From Vicugna vicugna (lineage: Eukaryota), in NCBI GenBank assembly GCA_013265495.1, contig MU058658.1, forward strand, positions 247,059 through 311,058: DNA of 64,000 nt. Direction: 5' to 3'. How positions within the stretch are numbered: the first letter of the stretch is position 1; every line of letters starts with the position of its first letter. The position numbers were made by a program, and so were the translations under genes. A model generated the notes under the pieces. That model was given only the letters and a program-made list of their open reading frames with translations, did no database searches and was not told where the DNA came from. Positions 46,976 through 59,700 of this stretch are shown piece by piece.

Positions 46976-48884
46976 TTCACATACCTTTAAACAGTCCTTG
47001 GACACTGGCTCCTGTGTCACAATCAGACATTTCTGGGTCCAGACACAACCTTCATCACAGTGCTCCTTTCTTACCAGCGGCCACAGCCTTGTGGAAAGCC
47101 ATTTGCAGAGGAGTGAGTTGGGGACCCTTCTCACCCTCCCTGCACTGCACCCACTCCTTGTGTCCTTACTTGTCAGGGCTCTCCTATCACATGAGCTTCC
47201 CAGGCCGAGCCCCGCACAGCAGGCCTCCTTGCTGGCTGTGGGTCCTAGTGCCATCAGCAGTCTCATGGACTTACTCATGAGGGTGTCTGACACACGTTTG
47301 TGATGGGGCCACTCGTCCCCCCAGTGTCAGCACCCTCCCAGCATTTCTCTGCTTATAGATTATTGCTGTGGAGCCCAGGGTGAGGAGCCACCTTCAGAGC
47401 AAGGTGTTTCTGTTGGAGCATCACTGGCCAGGACCCCAAAGCCAGGTCCATTCACCTGGAAGGCCCAGCCCTGTGGGACATGTAGCTCACTCTTGAAAGA
47501 CATCCCGTCCATGGCTGAGCAGGTGGAACACACCCTGGGCGGGGACTGTGCACCTGTGGGGCAAAGCTTTCCCAGCACCAGAAACATCAAATTAGAGGGA
47601 AACGTTACAGACAGGACAAGGAGAGGCCTTCATTTGTGAAGAACTGCAGTGAAGACAGAGGACCATGCCATGCAGGGAGGGTGAGAAGGGCCTCACCACT
47701 TGCTCCCACCCTCTCCTGCAGCAGAGTCCACGCAGCATGGAAAAGCAACACAGGGACACCACAGGCGGAGAGGCCTTTCCAGATGGACAAGATGATTACA
47801 GGTGCACTCAGTGTGGGAAGGCCTTCGGCCATGAACGTGTGGTTGTTGACCATGAGGAGATCCACCCTGGAGAAGAGCTTTATGAGAGTGAGCAGTGCGG
47901 GAAGGCCTTCCTTAGAAAGTCACATGTTGATCAGCACCAGAAGGTCCGCACTGAAGCTGGGCTTTATGAGCCCTTGGAATGTGGAATTTTCTTTACAGAA
48001 ATACCTGGCCTCAGTGACCACCAGAGAATTCACACCAGGCCAGGACCTTTTGAGTGTAGCGAGTGTGGGAGGGCCTTCCTTAGACTGTCCCAACTTGTTG
48101 GTCCCCAGAAAGTCCACACTGGAGAAAGACCTTGCGGTTGCAGTGAATGTGGGAAGTTCTTTAGGAACCACTCCATGCTCATTAGACAGCGAGTTCACAC
48201 AGGAGAAAGCCCTTACAAGTGCAGTAGATGTGGGAAAGCCTTCACCCCCAAACATAAACTAGTTGAGCACCAGAAAATCCACAGTGGTGAAAAGCCTTTT
48301 GAGCGCAGAGAATGTGGAAAAGCTTTCAGCCACAAAGACAAAGTTACTGAGCATGAGAAAATCTACACTGGAGAAGGGTCTTGTGAGTGCAGAGAATGTG
48401 GGAAAGCCTTCACCTGCAAACAAACTAGTTGAGCACGAGGGAATCCACACTGGAGAAAGGCCTCATGCATGCATTGATGTAGGAAATTCTTTAGTTGCAC
48501 CTCCACACTCCTTAGACACTGGATGGATCCCACTAGACAAAGGCCTTATTAGTGCAACTCATGCCGCTGGTTTTTGTAGTACAACTGCAGACTCAGCACA
48601 CACCAGCGAGTCCACGTTGATGTGAGGCCTTAGGAGAACAGTGAATATGGGAACATCTTTACTTGCAACTCTGGCCTCGTTAAACATTGTTGAACTTATA
48701 CTGGAGAAATGCATTCTGAGTGCAGTGAATGTTGGAGCGTCTTTAGCCCAATCTGCCATTCAGTTGGCTCCAAAAAGTTCACAGCAGAGAGAGATCTTAA
48801 GAGTGCAACAAATAGGGAAAAGACTTGAGCCAAACGTCTGCTCTGATTGGCTCTGTGAAGTACCTGTTATGTACTTTGGGTTTT

Positions 48885-50200
48885 TTTTTCCCCTTCTTAT
48901 TGTGTTAAAATACACACACGTAAAACTTGCTCTCTAAAGTACTTTAGTGCGCAGTTCAGTACTGTCAGGTACGTTCAGTGACTCTGCAGAGCTCCTGTCA
49001 TCTTGCAGAAGTGAAACTGTCCCCTTGAGTAATGACTCCTCCTCCTCCCCTAGCTCTCGGCAACCTGTTCTGTTCTCTGTCCTCTTGAATGTGACTGCCC
49101 TCACTACCTCATGTAAGAAGAATCAGTTTTTGCCTTTTTGTGAATAGCTTTCTTCACTGAACATAATCTCGAGTTTCATCTATCATGTGTCATGTTTCAG
49201 AATTCCCTTGCTTTTGAAGACTGAATAGCACTCCGCCGTGTGTATATACCACGTCTTTACCCGTTCATCTGCTGCCTGACACCTCCCTTGTTCCGATGTT
49301 GGCTGTTGTGAAGAGTGCTGCAGTGGGAATGGCTGCACCTCTCTCTCCTTGAAATCGTGCTTTCAGTTTTCTGGGGTGTTTAGCCAGAAGGGGAATTGCT
49401 GGATCATAGGTCATTCTGTTTTTAATATTTTGAACTGTTTTCTTTATCAGCTGTACTGTTATGTCTTCCCATCAAAGGTCCACAGGGTTCCAGTGTTTCC
49501 ACATCCTCAACAACATAATTTTATCTTCTGTTTCGTGTTTAGAAGTAGCATCCTAATGAGTGTAGCTCATTGTGGTTTTGTTCAGCATTTCCCAAACGGC
49601 GAGCGATCATGGACTTCTTGGCCATTTGTGTGTATTCTTTGTAAGAGTGTCTGTGTTTCAGGTTGTTTTCTCATTGATGAGCTGTGGCAGTTCTTTATAC
49701 AATCTAGATGCTAACCACTTATCAAGTGTATGAGTTGCAGATGTTTTTCTTCCATTCGGTAGGTTGCCTTGTCACTGTTGATTGTGTGCTTTTCCCAGAA
49801 GTTTGGAACTTTCTCTCTTTTTGCTTCTCACTGTGCTTTTCTTGTCAATGCCAAGAAGTTATTTCCAAATCCAGTGTCATGAAGCTTTTCCCCTATGTTT
49901 TCATCTAAGAGTTTTATGAGTTTGCATCTTACTGTTAGGTCTTTGATCCATTTTGAGCTCATTTCTGGATATGGTGTGAGGTAAGTGTTCAGCTTCATTC
50001 ATCTGAATGCAGACATCTACTTTCCTACAATTTATTGCAAAGACCGTCCTTTTCCCATTGAATTGTCTAGACATTCTTGTCCATTTTGGTCATATATACA
50101 AAATACACAGGCTTCCATTTCTGGGCACTATGTCCTGTTTCATTGTTCTTAATATTTGTCTTTATGACAGTACCACAGTGTTTTGATACATAGTTTTGTG
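48885..50200 (-). mobile_element. L1 fragment inserted in the dead finger array
   Basis: L1-antisense motifs (TTAGGTCTTTGATCCATTTTGAG) with finger relics on both sides. Confidence 0.8.
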
Positions 50201-53200
50201 AAAATATTGTCTTGATCCAGTTTTGAGTCCCTGTTTATACTGGTCATTTCCTCATTTGGAGCAGCTGATTTAGGTCCACACCCAGTCATTGTCCTTACCC
50301 GGCATTCCCACTCTGGGCTGCTTTACACCAACCCTAGGTCCCAGAGCCAGGATACCAGGCAGCTCGGGACAGCTGCTGTGCCCTGGCCCCGTGAAGTTGT
50401 TCCAGCTGGGCCAGCCCCAGGCCACTTGCCGTATGTAGGGGCTTTCTAGAGCTTCAGGTTGTTCACTGTGTCCTCCATACAGCCTGCTGTGTGGCCCTGC
50501 CTGATGCCCTTCTCTTGTTCTAAGCCCTCAGTAACACAGAACTCTGTCTTTTATCCACCCAAGTGTGAGTGTGTCGTGTTTCACCATCAGGAACAGTTAA
50601 ATCTCACAAAACAGCTACACACCCCAGAAGAGTATTGAGTGCAGTGAATGTTGGAAGTTATTCAGCTGTTAGCCTAAACTCAAACAGCACTAGTAAACTT
50701 AAATTGGAGACAGATCTTACGAGTGCAGGCAACGTACTCCGTCCTTGTGCTACATAATTACAGAGCAAAGCCCTAGGGAGGAGTCTTCATGAGGAAGAGA
50801 TCAGCCAGAGATTGAACCTCATACATCCAGGCTTTCTAGGGGGGTTCTCTGAAGGGCCAGGAATATTGGAAGTTTCCATGATGCACCTTGCAGGTTTGGA
50901 CCTGCCTGGAGTCCTTGTGAAAAAGAAGTTGCTGCTGCTATCTGTCACCAAAGCCTTCCCTCCTCTAGCACGTGGCAGGCACCTCTGTGTGTGAATCATC
51001 CTTAAAGTGCTCAGCGGAGGCAGAAGCTCGCTTCATCTGGAGGACTCAGCAGCCTCTTGACCTTGGGGGTCCCTCATTTCCTCCCCACTGATTGTTTTGG
51101 GTGGGATATGACCCAGCTTTGGGCAAGGGGACTCCAGCTGGCTTCTGCAGTCAGCTTGTGGAGAGTTCCCTTCTCAGTGACTATGTTTGATTGCCTTTTA
51201 ACTGGTGGGTTGATTGTTCCACCCTCTAAGTCACCCAACCCAGGGGTCTCCACCTGACACTGCTGGTGATTGTGATCATCAACTTCTTTTTGATCGTGAA
51301 AGACATTGACTCATGGGGTTCTAGTTGCTGTGTGCTGCAGACTGGGGTCAGAATTAGGCTCTGCCAGAATAAAAGGGATTTTGTGGGGACCCCTAGTTTG
51401 TATTTGCATTTCAGGAGGGAATAGCAAGATGACAAAAATAGCCATCGATCCTAATTGGTTCAGCCAAGTACGCTTGCTGCTGAGCTTGCAAAAATATTGG
51501 TGACTACCTCCCCAGCCACCTCCTAAGTGAGAGGTGCTTTCTCCCCGGCTCAGAGGACTACACTTCTGTCTACTCGCTGTGCCCCATGCTGGGATGCGTC
51601 ATTGATTAACCTTGTGACTGTACTGTCTTTGTGTGAATGTATTGAAGCCTCACCTTCAGTCAAAATGGCCTGGGGACTTTCACTTCTGCAAAGTGGGAGC
51701 TCAGATGCTGAGGGCGCTACCTGCTGACCCTGCGTGGGTGGCAGGTCTTAATCTGCACATTCTTGACACAACAGCTCTGTGTTTTCCAACATATTACCTT
51801 TTATTTACTGTCTGCTTCTTTCCTTACACCTTTCATCCAAAGGCCTATCTTCCCACTTGTACTGAGAAGGACACTAAGGCCTGGGAAGACCTGACACGAC
51901 CAAGTGACATTTCCATTTGAAGCACCACTCACAGTTCATGGCATCCCCCGCGATTCTCAGCAGAGCTCAGAAGGGTTTGAATTCCTCTACATCCCCGGAA
52001 TCAAAGCTCTCAGACACCAGGACACAGTACTCCTGCTCCCCTGTCCCGTGACTCCAAGATTCCACCCTTCTCTCGCTCGTGACTCTGGATATGTTTGTCA
52101 CAGCAGCAGAATCGTTTCATTGCACGTATCTGCTTTCCCATATCTTTACCATGCTTGGTGATGATCATCTTCCCTCCCTGAGGGCAGGACCCCTGTCTCT
52201 GTCTGCTTGGGCTGATCTGCGTCCATCACGTGTCCCTGTGTGTTTGTGTGAGGCTCCAGGTTGCGGCAACACGTGCACAAGGCTCCTGTTCTGACCACCG
52301 TCAGTGCATCGTCAGACCTGCAGGACTGGGGCTAGGATGGCGAAGAGGGGGGAGTTTCTCCAAGCCGGGGTGAGACCACCTGGTCACACCTGCATGTGTG
52401 TGGTTGTGTGATCCTGTGTGCATCCACACACCAGGCTTCCGGACCTCCCTGTCCCATACCTGCCTCACAGGGGTCCCTAGAGCATTTGTGCATTTGTGTC
52501 CTCATACCTGCTGGGGTGGTTCAGCACCTCCCTCCATTTCACACAAGCCTCTGTTGCACATTGTAAATGCCAGCTGTGTGTCTCAGGACTATCGCATCTT
52601 GTCTTCGTGGATGCAGTATAATGCACATGTGTGTGTGCAGTCTTGCTGGGCGGGGGTGATGCAGAATGCTGCCCTCATCACAGTGTCCCCAGGAAGCCTA
52701 TGCAGGGGCCTCCGGGTTGTGCTGAGGTGTCATTATTGTTACTGGATTTAATGGGTCCTTCCCTTGGGTGCAGAGCCAGTGAACACAGCAAGTACGTTCA
52801 GTTGAAGCAGAAGCATTTACTACTTGTGAGAAGTAAGGAGACAGGAAGATAGCTCTCAAAGACCTGGACCAGGGAAGTTTTAAGCCTGGGGGGCTTGCAT
52901 ATTCAGGAAAGGGCCAGCAGGGACAGGGTGACTCCAGGTTGCCAAGAGCTGCAAGCAGGCAGAGGCTCGGTTGTTGGTCTTACTGGGTTATCGTGTTCAC
53001 TAGGACGTGCTGTAACCTTTTCACAGTATCTGGCATTTCGAACTTTCTGCAATTTAACTAGTTCTGCAAAACAAAGCACACTTCGATTTAACCCCATCTC
53101 TTCCTTCCTTACTGCTGCCTAGTGAACATTATCACACAGCAGTCACACCCTGTGTATCTCCAGGAGTGCCACATGGCACAACTGTCCACCCAGACTAGAC

Positions 53201-53349
53201 CTGAATCCCCAGTCCCATCAATATCTAGTTTACAGGAAATACGGGGAACAGGTGTAAGAGTGAAAGCAAATTAGGAGTAAGAAAATCTCTGTGTTGCAAA
53301 AAATGTAAGAACGTCCTCCACTCTTAGAGCATTTCCCCTTAGCAAACTT

Positions 53350-53819
53350 TTTTCCTCATCTTTCAATTTTATTAGGTAGAATTGTTACAATTTGACTGTA
53401 CATATACAAAATGTTGCTTGTAAATACATATATACAAATACTGCACGTTTTTAAAATTTACATATATATACTGTTCATTGTTTCTAAGACCAGTTTAAAG
53501 CTTTAGCTTTTTTTTAACATTTTTTAATTGATTTATAATCATTTTACAATGTTGTGTGAAGCTTTAGCTTCTTAAACTTAACAGTTATCAAGGAAATAAA
53601 GCCAACCACAAAATAAGAATCAACAGAATGCAGTAATCCAGTCATAGAGGACAGTCAAATGTGCTTACATATATTCAAGAAATCAACCGTCTAAGTTATA
53701 AATAAGTTGTCCATTTGTGTGCTTTTAAAAATATTCCACATATAAGTGATACATGGCATTTTTCTTTCTCTTTCTGGCTTACTTCAGTTAGAATGACGAT
53801 CTGGAGGTCCATCCATGTT
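53350..53819 (-). mobile_element. Retro-insertion: short L1 piece plus non-L1-looking sequence ending in AATAAA, with a nested micro-L1
   Basis: Outer TSD CCCTTAGCAAACTT at 53336-53349 and 53820-53833. Inner TSD AAGCTTTAGCTT at 53498-53509 and 53559-53570. Confidence 0.75.
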
Positions 53820-54149
53820 CCCTTAGCAAACTTCTAATTGTAAATTCTTTCTTTGTCCTTTTGGGATGTATGTAAATTTTGAAAAAGCTAAATAAGTCTC
53901 TTGTCAGATTTATAATTGTATAAAAATGTGCTCCTGGGGTTTTAACTTATGGAGGTGACTGAGTGAGGACCGGCGAGACTAATGCCATTTGAAATTCCCC
54001 AGGGATATAAGCGGCCCAGCGTGCCAAGTAGGGACACGTGGCCTGTCCCATGAGAGGTCAGGAAGCAGGGAGGTCTCGTGCCTTCATAAGCATAGGGGCC
54101 CGAAGAACTAGCAGTGAGCACCCCGCTATAGAAGACGCACATTCTGGAG

Positions 54150-54915
54150 TCCCAGGCTAAGGGTTTGTAACCCAGGGCCGCGAGACGTGCGGGGAGGTGG
54201 GCTGGGACGAGGTCGGGCGGCCGGCGGTGCGCCCTCGTCGCCCCACGATCTGGACCCGTCCCGCTGACGGTCGCATCGGTTGTCGGGCGTCGCCTGACGT
54301 CCACTTTTAGGTCGTGCACTTTCCTCCGGAGCCCTTCACAAGGGGAGGAATTCGGCCGCGTTGTCTGAGCCAGAGTTCCGGGAGGCCGGCGGCGCGGGCT
54401 GGATCTTCCCGGTCATGCAGAGCGGCTGCGCAGTGTGCTCTCGCGGGAAATTGGACCTGCAGGCTTATGGGGAGTTGCCGACGCAGAGCTCCGGGGCCCA
54501 GTTGAGGGGTCGCCCGGCCGGGTCGAGCAGCCTCCGCGGGGCCTCTCCGGCCAAGGAGAGTGACCGGGGCCCGGTGTCCGCGTCCGGAAGCCGGTCCACC
54601 GGAGGTGGGAACCGGCCGGGCCGTCCGGGGAGGGCGTGACGGGCTCGCGAGTGTCTCGCGTGGAGCCTGGTGGGTGGAGGCGCCTCCGCGGAATTTGTCC
54701 CGAGACCGGCTTTGCCCGCATGTGAGACCCGTGGAGGCGACCAGCTCCCGCAGGTCGCCAGGCAGAAGCATTCGGGGAGCGCAGCGCTGGGGGCCGGGCT
54801 GCAGGCCTAGGAGGCGCGGTGGAGCGGCCCCGGAGCCAGGTGTAGTCATTTGTTCTCCCCAAATTAGCTCTGCAGCACGGTCCCCAAGGCTTCCCCCCAA
54901 AAATCTCAGGTAAGT
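54150..54915 (+). promoter_or_regulatory. Orphan CpG island ending in a consensus splice donor
   Basis: CpG-dense, with TGACGT and CCGGAAG motifs and CAG|GTAAGT at 54909/54910. Confidence 0.6.
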
Positions 54916-54958
54916 GAAAAATGCTTTTCTGCACGATCGCGAGATTTTGTTTTTCATT

Positions 54959-55062
54959 TGGGGGGGGTAGTAATTACGTTTTTTTTTTTTTAAACTGGAG
55001 GGAGAGGGGATTGAACCTTGTACGTGCTGAGCACTCACGCTACCACTTGAGTTTAACCTCCC
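54959..55062 (-). mobile_element. tRNA-derived SINE
   Basis: SINE core with T tail. Confidence 0.75.
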
Positions 55063-56739
55063 CTTTTAAGTATATTTTTTTTTGAAGGTCCGGCGCCACC
55101 TCTTCGGAAAGAAAACATGGGGGAAGGCCCTTCCTACCTGTCCCGCGAGAGACAGATGGGCGAGAAATTCTAGGATTCCTTTGGATAAAAGGCAAAGAGG
55201 TACAGCAGACGATCCCGCAAGTTCCCAGGCACATTCAGAATAAACTAACAAATTATGCCGTCAAGTGCTCTCACTAAAAAGACAGGTGGTCGAATTTATA
55301 TAGAAAACTACTTGCTTGACAATAGGGTGAGGTTTCTTTCTGTCCTTAAATTCTCTTCAGTGGATCCTCTGTGAGGTGTGTCACGTTTTTTCTTTCTCTC
55401 CTGACTGTGGAGATTTTTCTGGGAAAAAGATTTTGTTTTCCCAACGATGGTCAGCATGTTCAGATCCCAGTGGCAAATCCTATCAGTTAGGGGACCCTAA
55501 TAACTGATGTATTAGAAGAATTTTTGAAAAGGTCATACTCAGAGGTTTTAAAGACTTACGGTCCATACTTGCTTACACGATACATTATGCGTCCTGATTG
55601 CAGTGAATATATTTTTTAATTGCACTAGCCAGTTTACAATGTCGCCTCAATTTCTGGTGTACAGCGTATTTGTCCTATGTACATATACAGTGTTTATCTA
55701 CTCATCCATCGCTGATGGACATTAAAGTTGCTTCCATGTCTTGGCTATTGTATACAGAGCTGCAATGAATATACTTTGCTAAACACATTTTTAAGGTTAC
55801 TAATGTCCCCTGGATATGCCCGTGTCCTCTTCCTGGACCTTGGGAATTGTGAGAAAACTCAAGTCTCCTAATAAGGCAGAGGGAGATCTTACTAATATAG
55901 ACGAAGGCGACTGGAAGACTAAGCAAAATGCTAAACTGCTGGCCTTCCAGGAACTAGTATAAGCCAAGAAACAGAAGGAATGTGGCGGGGTTGGGGTCTG
56001 TTTTGCAGAGTATGATGAAAGGTTATCTGTCAGGAAGACAGAGCCCACCTGTCTGACCTTTCTCTTCTCGACGTGTGAAACAGATCTAAGGCCCCTGCCA
56101 GAAGTCACGTCAGTAGCACGGCCCAAAGGCTTTGGATTGAAAAACTCAGGTCTGTGATGTTCCTTCACATCAGTAAAGTAGAACTACCCTTCCTAAAAAT
56201 TCTTGAGCTTCTCTTAGTTGTCTGCTTGTAAACTGCCTAAACTCCTTGGCTTTCCCTCTCTAATCGCATGGCCTAGGCACTCTTATCACAGGGTTCTTCA
56301 TTGACCCTTATGAGGGCTCAAGTTTTTTCTCTTATCCCATAAATATCTGGATGTGAGACTGTTCTGTCTCCGAGCTTTGTATGCCGCTGGAAGTGAATTT
56401 AGCTCAGGTGATAGATTGAGAGAGTATGTTAATAATGAAGACTACACGTTGTGACTATCCCATTTATTCCACCCAGCAACTGAAGAAAGTCAAGTTCCAA
56501 CAGATTTATTGTCTTCTCAGTTACTAATAAAAAGGGGCAGGTGTAGCCGAGTGCAAGGGGTCCTGGGTTCCATCCTCAGTATCTTCATGTAAATAAACTT
56601 AATTACCTTCCCTCCCACCAAAAAAAACTGAGCTACCACATTCATTACCAGTAGGCAAATACTATGAACATCTTATGAAACATAAACTAGTTACTGACAG
56701 GGCAAAAAGTGTCATTCACTTCAGCATACAAAACTGTAT

Positions 56740-59700
56740 ACTCATAATGTTCTCTACATTGTCACATTAGGTATGTCTGTGATAGTGGGAACAAAGTGTA
56801 AAACCTCACCTTCACTACGCTCTAAAAGGTGTTTTCCAGTGGAGTAGCTGGTGTTGGAAAAGTGTGGGTTGGTTCCTGAATGCTTTTACACACTCAGTGC
56901 CCTTCTGTGGTGAGGCCAGAGCTACCAGAGGGATCGCTCCCAGCCCACTGGCATGTTGGCATGTGAAAGACTTCTTGGACGCGGGGACCATGGAGCCTTA
57001 TGCACGTCTCTCTTAAACACTTTACACTGAGGGGGCAGTTTCACACCTGCCCCACAAGGTTTTCAGCCAGAGATAGCTGCCTTTGAAAATTTTATTTGTG
57101 GCACTTCATCCTGTTCAGAAGCTGTCTCCTCATCCTCTCTGCTTGCTGCCAACAACCTGAAAACAGATACTGGTGAACTGCATGTACATTTTGGGAAAAG
57201 GAGGGAGCACCATCATAAACGTGTGTTAAGGACAAGGGAGCTGGGGGCATTAAGAAGGCTGCTGTGCAGTACTGGGCCTCTAGATGCCATAGAACGGGGG
57301 GAGGGCTCACAAGGATGGGGAGGAGGCAGGGGTCGACAACTCACTCCTTACGGAAGGGTGTGTACACGCTCCTGGGAACCCTGAGGAGCTGGCGTTCAGC
57401 GACTATTTTAAGGACACGTGGAGAGGACCAGTACAGCCACTGGCCTGGGCACCAAAACAGTGTTAGACTCAGCCAGGATCTCACATCCTCAGAGCCCCTC
57501 TTGCTGTACCTGGAGTCTGTGTCCCCAGTGTTCTCCTCCCAGCTCTAATTGGACAACACGATGTGACCTAGAAGATGGAAGTAGTCCTAAGGGAAGAACA
57601 AGCGAGCAGTCAGTACTGATGAGGGGAGGGGAGACAAACATGGAGTTCTCACAAGCAGTGACCAAAGTGGACAGAACCTTGGAGCAGATGTGGCCTGGGG
57701 GTCTACAGAATCAACGATGAAACCCACTGGACTAATTGCAAACCTTACAGCAGCTGGTATTGGGGCTACTTGTGAAAGAAGGCAAGTGTGCACACAAGAC
57801 AGGAAAGGAGTAACAGAGATGTGCCCATTATGTAGCTTGGAGACGAGCTCAGCAGCTGGGATAGGTGTGAGGGTAGAAACCAGTGCAGAGTTCTGCAGCA
57901 TAATATTACAGAGTTCTCTAGCATAATATGGTACAGGAGTCTTGGAGCCTCCATTCCTCCTGGAAAAGTACCCAGGCACATCCTCAAAGGTCGGAGGGCC
58001 CTGTGATGATGGGGACAGATGTGTCCATGAGCAGCCTTTCTCCTGAGCTCCTCAACTTTGAAGGCAGTGTTATCTAGTCTCATCACTAGGCCCAACTCTC
58101 AGCAACGACACAGAGATGCCATCTAACCTCTAGGCTTGCTATAAAGGGCCCCCCTTTCCTGCAAGATAAGAGCCTGAGTCCCCAGATACAAACACACTTG
58201 GGATGATCTATCTCGCTTAAGCTCTTACTGCCAGGGCCTCCACAGGCATATTACTCACTGGACCTTATCTGTCTTTGTGAAGCCCTCCCCAGCACTCTAG
58301 CTCTACATGTTCACCCATCCACTTGTCTCCTATACTTGGGAGTCTTGAGACTCAACATGGCCAAAACCCAATTTCTAATACCCACCAGTCTCTTCTGCAT
58401 GAAGGAGCCTATCTTCTGCATGAAGGAGCCTATTCAGATCTAAATCAACTCTGTTCGAAAAACGCCAATTCAGGCTACCATTCTAGGCCTGAATCTCACT
58501 CCCTTATTCTGTCCTTAACAGACCCTCCAAAGCCTAAAACACTCCCATCTCAACCTCATCTCCAAGCATTCCTGAATACTAACCCCTGTACCTGAGACAC
58601 CTTTCACATCTCAGTCTGTAGTGGAAGTAAAAGTTCCAGGACACCTGATACTCACCAGTGCAGGGGTCATGAGGGTTTCTTCAGAATGTGGAAACTGCAG
58701 GAAGAGCAGGATCATGTCACTTTAATTCTGAGTGATCCATTTAATATTTCAGGTGGTGCTAAAGGCTCTAGAGTAAACCAACCACATGAAAGAGAACAGA
58801 CAAATGTTACGAAATTGTGCAATAAAGTCAAGTGGGTATCAGGAAAAACAAGTGCAAATCCTGTCAGGCTTGTCTGTGAGTACTGCTGAATAAGGGATCA
58901 TGCCCAGCAGTGGGACTCTTAGATTATAAGATAAGTCTACTTTTAGTCTATTGAGGAATCTCCACAGTTTTCCATAATGGCTGCACCAGACTATGGCTGT
59001 GGAAGGTCATGTGCAAGAAATCAAATTTGAGTCTTATTTCTGTACTGGCCTGTTGCAGACACTTACATTTCATTCTCTTATTCTACTTTCCTGTGTCCCT
59101 TTCTGAGAATACATTCTTTTCCCATAGATTAAACGTGGCTTTAACACGTGGCCAGTACTACTTATGCTTCCTTTTCAAATTTTCCTTTGGTTATATTAAA
59201 AATTTTTGTCTTACAAAAACACAACCGATGAAAAGGGAGCAAATACTTGCAACAGAAAAGACTGACAAAGCCTGAAGAGCTAAAACAATCAAATCCAAAA
59301 ATGGGCAGAAGACATATGAATGGCCATTAGGCACAAGAAAAAATGCTCAATATGGCTAATTATCAGTGAAATGTAAATCAAAACTACTCTGAAGTAATAC
59401 TTCATTCTACTAAGAATGGCCACAATTCAAAAATGGAGAAAAAGGAACACACATACACTGCTGATAGTAATGTAATTAACTGCAGCCACTATGGAAAACA
59501 CTATGCAGATTCCATACAAAACTACAAATACACTTGCAATATAAGCCAGCAATCCCACTCCTGGGCATCTATCCAGAGGGAACCTTAATTGAAAAAGATA
59601 CATGCACCCCAGTGATCATACCAGCAATATTTATAAGACAAACAGAAACGACCAAAATGTCCATCAACACATAACTAGATGAACAAGTTGTGATATACTT

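Larger units (their letters stand above)
41788..50760 (+). pseudogene. ZNF17/ZNF749-like KRAB-ZNF pseudogene
   Basis: Exon 1 MSPAQ 41788-41802. 41-nt frameshifted mini-exon 43713-43753. KRAB-A from 45761 has TAG at 45845-45847 and a lost donor. Last exon from 47359 is frameshifted, with mostly degenerate fingers (47665-48432 ORF). More finger relics lie at ~50630-50740 beyond an L1. Confidence 0.85.

Noticed and set aside
54307..55038. 243-aa ORF and other Arg/Pro/Gly-rich ORFs in CpG islands (3.1-3.9, 14.5-15.3, 41-42 and 62.3-62.9 kb)
   Set aside because: Stop-poor GC-rich DNA with no recognisable domains; the 243-aa ORF starts inside a SINE.
50800..56700. Vomeronasal receptor (VN1R-like) gene expected from recalled human synteny
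   Set aside because: No 7TM-like ORF or V1R motif recognised; a tBLASTn search would be needed to exclude a relic.
58391..58432. 21-bp tandem duplication
   Set aside because: Ordinary slippage event in an intron.
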